From an uncultured Prevotellaceae bacterium (GTDB lineage Bacteria; Bacteroidota; Bacteroidia; Bacteroidales; Muribaculaceae): a stretch of 64,000 bases of DNA. Both the position numbers and the translations under genes were made by a program. A model generated the notes under the pieces. That model was not told the origin of the DNA. It made no database searches and worked only from the letters and a program-made list of their open reading frames with translations. Shown here piece after piece: positions 9,360 through 17,576 of the stretch; position 1 is the first letter of the stretch; each line of letters opens with the position of its first letter. The stretch spans positions 5,598 through 69,597 of the forward strand of contig ONJX01000018.1 in the NCBI GenBank assembly GCA_900318255.1, read 5' to 3'.

Positions 9360-10694
9360 ATGAAAAGAAAACAGATGAGTCGTGACGAATATTTTTTCGT
9401 CAAAAATAATAAAGAAAATATCAAAGACCTCCAAATGTTAGCTGACATCTTGGAAGCTATAAATAAGGGCTATTTCCATTATGAATTGCCAATAACGTTG
9501 GATGAAATTAAAGAAATAGCCTCAGATAGAAATAATTCTTATTACAGAATATTCTCAATAAAAAAAAGAAATGGAAATAAACGTCAAATATCAGCTCCAA
9601 ACAATAGACTTAAAGAAATACAAAACTGTATAAGAATTTTACTAACAAGTGTCAATCATAGAGGTAAATCTATAATTGATTATGCGAAACCTCATGTGGG
9701 AAAAGATATTGTTTATAATATGGATATCAAGGATTTTTATCCGTCCATTAATGCTTCACAAATAATTCCAGTCTTTTTTTCTAAATTTAAAAACTATGAA
9801 GTAGCATTGCTTTTAACTTCGCTTGTAACGATGCGCTCAAAATCTGGAATTCCAGTCCTTCCACAAGGGGCACCTTCTTCACCAGCTATTTCAGAATTAG
9901 TTTTAAAGAATCTTGATAGAAAATTATCAGGTTATTCAGAACGACATGGTTTTCAGTACTCAAGATATGTTGATGATATAACATTCAGTTGCTCAAGAAC
10001 TCAGAAATGGATAACATTCGCAGCAGTATTTAATATGATTATTAATTCTGAAGGATTTCAGATAAACAAAAAGAAAAGCCGTGTCTCATTTTATTATCAA
10101 AGACAAGAAGTAGCAGGATTAACGGTTAATGAGCAACTGAATGTTACTAATAAATATATTAAACAACTTCGCACCATTCTCCACAATTGGGAGAAAGATG
10201 GATATGTATTAGCTAGCAACAAATTCTTGATGCACTATTATAAAAATATGACTAATGCAAAAGATTTTATTCCAAAAATGGAACATATAGTAGCTGGCAA
10301 ATTATCTTATTTGAAAATGGTGCGTAGCTATAAACGAAAAAAAAATAGTGAGATTCCGCATCCAGAATTTGATTTTTTTGAAGCTATTGGAATTTCATAT
10401 ACAAAACCTGACGAAAATGAATATACAATAATAAAAACCTCAGATCCTGTTTGGGAAAAATTGCATGATAGATATGTTGCTTTACGAGTTCGTGATTTTA
10501 ACATTATAAATGGCTATGAAGATGACCTGAAATTACAAAAATGCGTCTATCGATATGGCGATGACGCTGGTCCGCTAGTATATGCTGTTAGGAATGATGA
10601 TTCAGAGCAATGGAGAATAATAAAAATCTATAGAAACGGAGTTTGGCGAAATGGTGATGAGGAAGAAGCATATAGACTAAGATATGGTTGTTAA
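9360..10694 (+). CDS. Retron-type reverse transcriptase with an unassigned C-terminal extension
   Basis: KKRNGNKRQISAP, DIKDFYPSI, LPQGAPSSP, YSRYVDD, INKKK and VAGLTVN (VTG-like) motifs; YAKPH in place of NAxxH; AT-rich compared with the host genes. Confidence 0.9.
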   Translation: MKRKQMSRDEYFFVKNNKENIKDLQMLADILEAINKGYFHYELPITLDEIKEIASDRNNSYYRIFSIKKRNGNKRQISAPNNRLKEIQNCIRILLTSVNHRGKSIIDYAKPHVGKDIVYNMDIKDFYPSINASQIIPVFFSKFKNYEVALLLTSLVTMRSKSGIPVLPQGAPSSPAISELVLKNLDRKLSGYSERHGFQYSRYVDDITFSCSRTQKWITFAAVFNMIINSEGFQINKKKSRVSFYYQRQEVAGLTVNEQLNVTNKYIKQLRTILHNWEKDGYVLASNKFLMHYYKNMTNAKDFIPKMEHIVAGKLSYLKMVRSYKRKKNSEIPHPEFDFFEAIGISYTKPDENEYTIIKTSDPVWEKLHDRYVALRVRDFNIINGYEDDLKLQKCVYRYGDDAGPLVYAVRNDDSEQWRIIKIYRNGVWRNGDEEEAYRLRYGC

Positions 10695-10703
10695 ATCATA
10701 TTA

Positions 10704-11005
10704 TCACAAGTGATTTTGGGCGAAATTCTTCTTGTTCAGCGCGTTAGAAATAATCCCCAGGAATTGTAGTCCCAAGTTCTCCTCATAGAACTCCTTGATA
10801 TTCATGACTGAGGCGTAGTATTTGGTGCTGAACCACTTACGTCGTTGGCGTTTTTTTTGCTCGCCAATCTCTTGAATGCATAACCTTAAATTGAAATCGC
10901 GCTCCTCTACTGTCTTGGACCTGCTCATTATCAGCAAATTATTCGTCCATGAAATTTGTATCACCAGTGGTGAGAGTATTTCGCTGGTATTGGGATATGT
11001 CTCAA
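10704..11005 (-). pseudogene. Chimera of a YhcG/DUF1016 N-terminal fragment and the C-terminus of a prophage gene
   Basis: ETYPNTSEILSPLVIQISWTNNLLIMSRSKTVEERDFNLRLCIQE resembles YhcG; IGEQKKRQRRKWFSTKYYASVMNIKEFY resembles a Bacteroidales prophage protein tail. Confidence 0.6.
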
Positions 11006-11025
11006 AGGGTTATATAAAGCAAAAC

Positions 11026-11057
11026 GGTACACTCCAGCCGTAGCCGGAATGTGCCGT
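11026..11057 (-). terminator. Intrinsic terminator-like hairpin
   Basis: ACGGTACACTCC..GGAATGTGCCGT with an adjacent A/T tract. Confidence 0.55.
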
Positions 11058-11217
11058 AATGTATGGAGCGGAAGCGACCGAGTCGCCACCGAATTTGTCA
11101 ATTAAATTACGAGCGAAATTCTTGTGTTTCTGAGGGGTAATAACACGCTGATTATCTGCAACTTACTAAAGTTGCATAAACCATTATCACATTGAATGGC
11201 ATGTTGACAATCGCGCA

Positions 11218-11562
11218 TCATAAAACATTAAGATAGTTCTCAACTTGTTGTTTAAGAATTGGCAAGTCATTAACATAAGTGTCCCAGACAAATTTAGGAC
11301 TGGCGATATAGTAACCATGAACTAACACGTGGCGCATGTCAATAATGTCGCGCCATGGGGTGTCTTGGTTTTCATCACGAAATTCTTTGGTCAGCATATT
11401 TGCCGCCTCTCCTATAATCATGATGTTATAGACAACAGCATGAAAGCACATTCTGTTGTTTGTCATATCTTCAAACGTTTTTCCATCCAAAAACTGGAAA
11501 ACATTGTCAATACACTCAAGAATGTGTTGAAGTCTGTCCTTATCTTTAGATTGCTCTCTCAT
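11218..11562 (-). CDS. HEPN/HepT (DUF86) ribonuclease toxin
   Basis: IIGEAA..PWRDIIDMRHVLVHGY contains the RX4HXY HEPN motif. Confidence 0.92.
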   Translation of the reverse strand: MREQSKDKDRLQHILECIDNVFQFLDGKTFEDMTNNRMCFHAVVYNIMIIGEAANMLTKEFRDENQDTPWRDIIDMRHVLVHGYYIASPKFVWDTYVNDLPILKQQVENYLNVL

Positions 11563-11857
11563 AGATTAATTGTCTATCGTAGTTTGCTTCCTCAGCAATC
11601 AGTGGACGCATGGTGCCGTCTTCAACAAGATCAACATCTCGACCAAGCTTCTCCTTTAACTCTCTCCACATTCGGGCGTAAGCTAAAAGTCCGATTGCCG
11701 TACTATGGTCAAATTCAACAAGGATATCTACATCACTGTCGGGGGTCTCCTCGCCACGAGCGAAAGATCCAAACAGCCATGCTTTCAAGACAGGTTGTGT
11801 CTTGAAATACTCGGCGATTGTCGTTTTGATGTCTTGCGTACTCATGATTAATAGCAC
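11546..11857 (-). CDS. Minimal nucleotidyltransferase (MNT) antitoxin
   Basis: LFGSFARGEETPDSDVDILV (GSX10DXD); overlaps the HEPN gene. Confidence 0.92.
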   Translation of the reverse strand: MLLIMSTQDIKTTIAEYFKTQPVLKAWLFGSFARGEETPDSDVDILVEFDHSTAIGLLAYARMWRELKEKLGRDVDLVEDGTMRPLIAEEANYDRQLIYERAI

Positions 11858-11933
11858 CTAATATACCTCAATGCAAAGATAAATAAAATTATCCAAACGG
11901 CAATCGAAATAGCCCAAAAATGTTGAGGTCATC

Positions 11934-12123
11934 CCGATTTTTGCCAGATGTGATAGAATTTTGGGGCGCCGAGGTCTCTAAACTCTAACTGCTCAACTCT
12001 AAACTTTGAGAACCAGAAAAAAGCATCCGGCTATTTTTTCTAATTCTCAAATATCGGTGGTTCAAATAACTTGTAGGTTGCGGAGTGCCGGAACTTGGGG
12101 AACTGGGCATCGTGCTTTCGCAT
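11934..12123 (-). repeat. Element-end repeat, copy 2
   Basis: 11934-12060 is nearly identical to 12957-13083 (127 bp, 3 differences by eye); weaker similarity continues through the ...PPIFEN coding tail. Confidence 0.9.
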
Positions 12124-12143
12124 GAATTCCACGATGTCGCGCA

Positions 12144-12692
12144 TCATTCGTTATCTTGCAAACTTTCTAAATCAAAATACAGTAGTCTTGTCGCTGCATC
12201 TTCATCTTCTTTGGTCAAGGGCATAAATCCCATCTTATAGTAAAACGACAAGGCGCCAGCATAGGCATCAACTGTTATAAAACGGCATCCAGCCTTGTTG
12301 TCGTTCTTGTACGAACCAACTATCATATTGACAATCATTGCGCCAATTCCTTCACCGTGGCAACTTACACTTGTTGCCAAACGGCAAATCTTCAATGCGG
12401 GATAGCTTTTGAACATTTTGCCTTGTGCAAAGAATTGTTTACGGAATCGATTGTAGGCCGAGTTGCTGGGGAAGTCAGTCAATGAAATACGATCATGGGC
12501 AAGACTGAAATAGCCGTAAACCTCACCGCTGACTTTATCCTCCAGCACATAACTGGTGGCAAGGCGCACTTTAAAGTACAAAGGAGCATCTGTGAGGATG
12601 AAGTCGTTGAGGTCTTCATCTCCACAATCAAAATGGGAAACAGTATCTGTTTCTCCAAGACGGCGCAACTGTATAGCGTCCTTGTCAATCAT
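12144..12692 (-). CDS. GNAT acetyltransferase of the AtaT/TacT toxin type
   Basis: FDCGDEDLNDF, GYFSL, YPALKICRLA, GIGAMIV and GCRFITVDAY..ALSFYYKMGF are characteristic of tRNA-acetylating toxins. Confidence 0.85.
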   Translation of the reverse strand: MIDKDAIQLRRLGETDTVSHFDCGDEDLNDFILTDAPLYFKVRLATSYVLEDKVSGEVYGYFSLAHDRISLTDFPSNSAYNRFRKQFFAQGKMFKSYPALKICRLATSVSCHGEGIGAMIVNMIVGSYKNDNKAGCRFITVDAYAGALSFYYKMGFMPLTKEDEDAATRLLYFDLESLQDNE

Positions 12693-12854
12693 TTAGAATG
12701 AGCAATTGACGCAACGATTACGCATAAACTCATAGTCATGACGGATACGAGTGCTTCTCTCTTTGCTCACCGGCTTGGGCTTCTGCATCCGCATTTCGAA
12801 CTTCTTAGCCTCCTCACCAAAGAGAATAGGTGTTTCTTTAATCGGTCTTGCCAT
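12693..12854 (-). CDS. 53-aa putative antitoxin for the GNAT toxin
   Basis: Not in the ORF track. MARPIKETPILFGEEAKKFEMRMQKPKPVSKERSTRIRHDYEFMRNRCVNCSF; its stop abuts the GNAT ATG; promoter box upstream near 12886. Confidence 0.7.
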   Translation of the reverse strand: MARPIKETPILFGEEAKKFEMRMQKPKPVSKERSTRIRHDYEFMRNRCVNCSF

Positions 12855-12956
12855 TATTTTATCCTCCGTTAGTATATATTATCTTACAAAGTTAATCTTT
12901 CTTTTTGAGATAGTTGCAATAATTGAGCCAAAAACGAAAGAAAAAAGCATTTTTTG

Positions 12957-13147
12957 CCGATTTTTGCCAGATGTGATAGAATTTTGGGGCACCGAGGTCT
13001 CTAAACTCTAACTGCTCAACTCTAAACTTTGAGAATCAGAAAAAAGCCTCCGGCTATTTTTTCTAATTCTCAAATATCGGTGGAGTGAACAATTTTGCTG
13101 TGTCGCTGGTGGCGAACTCGGGGAACTTTTCCTCGTGCTTTCGCATC
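12957..13147 (-). repeat. Element-end repeat, copy 3
   Basis: See copy 2; the minus-strand coding remnant reads SCRIDLRGVAKPTCSTLSGRGLDAKARGKVPEFATSDTAKLFTPPIFEN-stop. Confidence 0.9.
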
Positions 13148-13274
13148 AAGCCCACGACCCGAAAGCGTTGAGCAGGTCGGTTTTGCCACTCCGCGTAGGT
13201 CGATGCGGCAGCTCTGCAAAAGACGCAAAAAAGGCCCACGCGAAGGTGAGCCGTTATTAAGTTTTTGTGAGTTG

Positions 13275-13727
13275 TTATTTTTTTCTCACCACATAGATAG
13301 CGCCAATGGTGAGCAACAGCACCAATGCTGCCGCTAGCGCGGCATTGAATCTGCTGCCATACTCAATCTTGAGCAGGAAAATGCCATAGTTCAACCCGAA
13401 AAGCAGTGCGGCCCCGACCAGACCGATGACCAGTGCCTGACGGGTGCCACTTGGGTTTTCGTCCCAAGTGCGTTTTGAGAGCACTTGCTTGCCGATGGCA
13501 CAAAGCGGTATAAAGCCGATAGCGAGTGCGACCCATAGGGCAATCTTTTGCTTGGCCGCTTTGTCTCGCGTGGCTTCCTCGCTCTTTTGAATCATTTGGT
13601 CAACTTGCTCCTGCATTTGGCGGTATTTACCATCTTTATCAAGCGAGCCATACATCTCCTCGGGAGTGGGCGAGGCAAACGCCTGCAAGGCCATCAAGGC
13701 TAAAACTGCTACTATAAACGTTTTCAT
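13275..13727 (-). CDS. Hypothetical membrane protein
   Basis: Signal peptide plus three hydrophobic segments; overlaps the upstream gene by 4 nt. Confidence 0.7.
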   Translation of the reverse strand: MKTFIVAVLALMALQAFASPTPEEMYGSLDKDGKYRQMQEQVDQMIQKSEEATRDKAAKQKIALWVALAIGFIPLCAIGKQVLSKRTWDENPSGTRQALVIGLVGAALLFGLNYGIFLLKIEYGSRFNAALAAALVLLLTIGAIYVVRKK

Positions 13728-15001
13728 TCCTCTTCTATTACAGCGATAAGACGTTTCACTTTGTCAAGTGTGTAGCCCTCGGTGACGGGAACCACTTCCA
13801 CTACCTCATCGCCCACGTGGTAAGCGCCCATGCGATTGCCGTCGCCTGCAAGGACATACATGCCGCCCTTGAGCGTGAAATAGGTGTTGACGTATGAGTA
13901 GCCGGGCTGGATTAGCACATCGCCATTGTCGGCATCCATGACGCCCATGCGTCCATCAACCGTGATTTTTGCCAAAACACCGTGATTTGACGGGCTGCGG
14001 TCAATCAACTCAATGCGGTTGCACACGCAAGGGATGGTACGATTGTCACCACTGACAATAGCACCATTAATTATGCCATGACGCAACATTCCTTGTCCGT
14101 CACGCTGTGTTACATCATAAAATTCTCTTGGTCCACCATTATCGCGAGCTATAAGCACCTTAACACTTTCATATACTGGTTCAACTATTGCGTAGCCTCC
14201 AGCATTGTACACGCCCCACTTTCCCTCGAGATTTTTCACCAAGAAAACGTCCAATCCAGTCGGCACCGGCACAGATTCCACCTTTAAGAATTGCCCTGCC
14301 TCCTGTCCGTCCTGGTCGTAGAGCACCCATAGCTCTTGACCATTGGGGAAAGTCTTGCCATAGGCTGTAGCCCAATCGCTGCTATAACCGATTTTCTTGT
14401 CATAGCCATTCTTGATGTCAACGCTCGAGAGGTGCTGAAAACCGCCAGAGTTGGGTTGAGGAGTGTGCTGCTGTATTTGCACTTCCGCATTTCGCTCGGA
14501 TTCTTCTTTTTCCATTCTGGCATTATAAGCATCAAGGTCAGCCTTAGTATAATTGAGGTTAATAAATAATTTCAAATAGTCAACCATGCGTTTATAGTCC
14601 CACAAGGCTCGCTTGCGAACGGATTCGGTAGTGGCATTCTCGGCCTTTGCCCGATCTTCCTTGGCCCATTTTTGCATATTGATTATCTCACACCAGGGCT
14701 GATGTTTGAGGCTTTTGCAATGACTGCATGGTTTCACGCCATTGACACCTATTTCATAAATCAAAGCATGCTCGATGGAAGATACTTCTGGCAACGGAGT
14801 GTAGTCGCGCAGATGCGTGGAACTGGAAGATGATGATTCTTCCTCCTTTGGCGCCTCATAATAGGGGCAATTGCTCTTGTGCGCTTCGCCGGTTTTCAAG
14901 TTTACATTGCAATAGGCGCAATGCGGGTCGCCGGGTTGCGGTATCTGCGCATAGGTTGCTGTCGCGACCCCCAGCAAGGCAATAAGGATAATTCGTTTCA
15001 T
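13724..15001 (-). CDS. Secreted protein with Cys/His-rich N-terminus and WG-repeat-like C-terminus
   Basis: Signal peptide; HCAYC..HKSNC and CSHC..HQPWC clusters; GKWGVYN, GRMGVMD and NRMGAY repeats. Confidence 0.65.
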   Translation of the reverse strand: MKRIILIALLGVATATYAQIPQPGDPHCAYCNVNLKTGEAHKSNCPYYEAPKEEESSSSSSTHLRDYTPLPEVSSIEHALIYEIGVNGVKPCSHCKSLKHQPWCEIINMQKWAKEDRAKAENATTESVRKRALWDYKRMVDYLKLFINLNYTKADLDAYNARMEKEESERNAEVQIQQHTPQPNSGGFQHLSSVDIKNGYDKKIGYSSDWATAYGKTFPNGQELWVLYDQDGQEAGQFLKVESVPVPTGLDVFLVKNLEGKWGVYNAGGYAIVEPVYESVKVLIARDNGGPREFYDVTQRDGQGMLRHGIINGAIVSGDNRTIPCVCNRIELIDRSPSNHGVLAKITVDGRMGVMDADNGDVLIQPGYSYVNTYFTLKGGMYVLAGDGNRMGAYHVGDEVVEVVPVTEGYTLDKVKRLIAVIEEE

Positions 15002-15013
15002 AGTCAGCAGGTT

Positions 15014-15595
15014 TTAATATTGGAAAAACATGGCTCCCGGTGCGTCGGGATTCTTGATTCGGCGGACGATGATTTCGCCGCTGTGCATAGGGTAGGCCAA
15101 CTTGGGTGTGCAACCCACGGCCAAGATAATCACCTTCACGTTGTCGCTCTCGATGTAGACATACTTCAAGTTCCAGTTCTTGCTCAAATCCACGGTGTCA
15201 AGTTTACTTTCTCCTAACCACAGTTTCTCAAGGTTGGGGAACAAAGCGAGGTCTTCGTAGGTCGACACCTCAAACATGTCTGTGCGGTACTGCGTGAGGA
15301 TGAGTGACTTAACAGAATCGGCCTCAACCCTTGAGATGTGGCCGTCGCCATCGGTGTCGCCTTTGAGCAGTGCGCGCCGCTCAATGTTGCGGTCGGCAAA
15401 AGTGAGACTTTGCGCACCGGCTTTGAAGGCGAAAAAGGCACATAGGGAAATAATGAAAATAATCAAGACCACTATCCAACCTTTACGGCCCGGCTTTGTG
15501 TCCTCCATCATTTCCAGGTTATTCCTGAGCTGTTCAAGCTCCTGGATCTGCTTAATTTGCTGCTGATTGAGTTCTTCGTCCATAACATTAGTCAT
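15014..15595 (-). CDS. Membrane-anchored protein with an EF-hand-like loop and LRR-like segment
   Basis: One TM helix, DTDGDGHISRVE, FPNLEKLWL..LDTVDLSKN. Confidence 0.65.
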   Translation of the reverse strand: MTNVMDEELNQQQIKQIQELEQLRNNLEMMEDTKPGRKGWIVVLIIFIISLCAFFAFKAGAQSLTFADRNIERRALLKGDTDGDGHISRVEADSVKSLILTQYRTDMFEVSTYEDLALFPNLEKLWLGESKLDTVDLSKNWNLKYVYIESDNVKVIILAVGCTPKLAYPMHSGEIIVRRIKNPDAPGAMFFQY

Positions 15596-15772
15596 TGGAT
15601 TCTATATGTTATACAGAAAACTCTTCATGAAGGAAGAATCCAGATTGGCCTAAACGAAGAGTAAATGACAATCGCAAAGGTATAACAATATTTTGATAAT
15701 CAGAGTTTTTTCTAAAGATTTTTAATGTTTTTTGCAGCAAAACTACTCAAATTGTTATATTTCTAACTAAAC

Positions 15773-15840
15773 AATCTTTAGCCTTTGCCACCTAAATAAT
15801 TCACTATTGCAAGATAAGCTTTGCAATTTCCTCGCGGGCA
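15773..15840. repeat. 68-bp perfect direct repeat, copy A (copy B at 19185-19252)
   Basis: AATCTTTAGCCTTTGCCACC..CCTCGCGGGCA is identical in both places and includes the 3' end of a hydrolase coding sequence. Confidence 0.92.
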
Positions 15841-16592
15841 GCGCTGCCTTCGGAGCATGGCCATAGCGGATAAACATGCCCAAGCTTTTGTGCAACATGA
15901 AGCGTTGCTTTCACACCTGCAGTTTTCATCATCTGGTAGGTTTTAACCACATCGGTATAGAATATCTCCCAAGTGCCTATGAAAAGGTAGGTGGGCGTCA
16001 GACTCTGCATATTGCCGTAAAGGGGTGAAATCATCGGGTCGCGCGGGTCAATGTCGATGGCTTTGGAGCGCAAGCCCAAATAGTTCGCCCACCGATGATC
16101 GGTGAAGCCGCAGAGGTTGGCGAGGTCGATAAATGGGAATAGCGTGGCGGTGAACCAGTGGCGAATGGTGGTGTCGTACCATTCCGTGATGCGGAACAGG
16201 TACGCCACCAGCTGCTCGATGCAGTCGTCCAGGCTGGCTTCGAGCGAGGCGATGAGCCGTGCCACCCGGTCACGGCTTGCCGGTGCCACGTTCTGGTTGC
16301 TCACAATGCCGAAACCGTTGGGCGTGAGCACCAGGTCGAGGCTCGGCACGGCACGCATCATGGCCTCATGCGCCACGACGCACGCGGCGGTGACGCGCAC
16401 CGGCTCGTCGGGGTCGAGCGTGAGGAAAGTGTCGGCGAAGTCGTCGCCTACGAACTGCGAGAACAGCCACCGCTCGGCGGTCTGGAGCCACGACAGCACC
16501 TTGTCGTACAAGGGCGTTTCGCCCTGCGCCGTGGCGAAAGCGTTGGGCAGGTATCGCCGCAACTGTTCATCTGATGTGATTATTCGTGTCAT
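15804..16592 (-). pseudogene. In-frame fusion of a DUF6712-like prophage head-tail protein and the C-terminus of an alpha/beta hydrolase
   Basis: About the first 185 aa contain AVPSLDLVLTPNGFGIVSNQNVAPASRDRV (Bacteroidales prophage protein, GC-rich); the remainder, DPRDPMISPLYG..FIGTWEIF..LGHVYP, is an esterase tail with lower GC. Confidence 0.7.
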
Positions 16593-16605
16593 TGTTATAA
16601 TAGAT

Positions 16606-16642
16606 TAGCAGTTGATTTACTGTAAAGGTAAACCAACTGCTA
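16606..16642. repeat. Conserved imperfect palindrome, copy 4 of 4
   Basis: TAGCAGTTGATTTAC..GTAAACCAACTGCTA, with a compensatory G-C to A-T change relative to copy 2. Confidence 0.9.
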
Positions 16643-16671
16643 CTATGCGTAAAAGACAAACTATTGTGCCG

Positions 16672-17550
16672 CTATTTTCTCTTTTTTGATTGTCGTTTTT
16701 GGGGTTCTCGATATCGGATAGGATTATCCACATCGCCACCAAAGGCGGCTTTGAGAAATTCTCCAACGGGTAATCCTATGTCAACCCTACCTACTCGTAA
16801 ATGCGGTGTAACAATAGGCGATGTCGTCCATCTTCCTGTCATTGGATTAACGTAGCGATTGACACCCACATCGGTACTAAAGCAGTCGCTAAACCTTATA
16901 TTGGCATAGCCTCCATAAGAAGATGTATTTACATAGGGGCTATAGGCGGGTCCAACTATAGGATTGTTGTTGTAGTAATATCCATAGGCGTGCAAGGATA
17001 TATCATTGTTGAGCTGATAACTCAACGTGCCTCCAATGCCATATTGCGTGACAAGTTGTTTTTGCATTGGCATCCAATATTTGTGGGCAATCATTGAAGC
17101 TGATAATTGCCATTTTCCTATATTTTGATGATAGGTTGCTGCTCCCGACGCCACATCCATTAGTCCCGGACGCTGATTTATATTGCCATAGAATGATAAA
17201 TTTGCATATCTCCACAAGTTAAATGAGGGCAATGAGAAGTCTAAAGAGCGGTTGTAAAGCAATTGCGATTTTGGTGGTTCGCAGTATCTAAATTCGGTTG
17301 ATACGTTTGTAGGTATTGTGTACTTTGGTGTTGGTGTATATAGTTCAGCAACGTCAATGCCCATGAATTTTGAACCTGGAATATCATTACCAATCAGCGA
17401 AGAATCATTATGCAATGACTGCTTCAAATTTGTCGAAGACAATTCATTTCCTTTCGACAATGAAATTTGCTCGCTAACCTCGGTTTGGGCATACGTAGTT
17501 AGTGATACTAATAAAACTACAACGAGGAATGCTGGCCTAAGCTGCTTCAT
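16672..17550 (-). CDS. Hypothetical secreted/outer-membrane protein
   Basis: Signal peptide and alternating aromatic beta-strand pattern in the C-terminal half. Confidence 0.65.
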   Translation of the reverse strand: MKQLRPAFLVVVLLVSLTTYAQTEVSEQISLSKGNELSSTNLKQSLHNDSSLIGNDIPGSKFMGIDVAELYTPTPKYTIPTNVSTEFRYCEPPKSQLLYNRSLDFSLPSFNLWRYANLSFYGNINQRPGLMDVASGAATYHQNIGKWQLSASMIAHKYWMPMQKQLVTQYGIGGTLSYQLNNDISLHAYGYYYNNNPIVGPAYSPYVNTSSYGGYANIRFSDCFSTDVGVNRYVNPMTGRWTTSPIVTPHLRVGRVDIGLPVGEFLKAAFGGDVDNPIRYREPQKRQSKKRK

Positions 17551-17576
17551 TTCAATATGTTTCTGTTATCGTTTTA

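Noticed and set aside
9360-10694. DGR or group II intron RT
   Set aside because: No TR/VR pair with adenine-specific mismatches, no avd gene, and no intron-length flanking RNA; an a1/a2-bounded short RNA and VTG-like motif favour a retron.
10704-10964. 86-aa ORF as the retron effector
   Set aside because: It is on the opposite strand and is a chimera of YhcG and phage fragments.
1056-16642. Integron attC sites
   Set aside because: No RYYYAAC/GTTRRRY core boxes and no IntI gene in the window; a prophage moron context explains the hairpins better.
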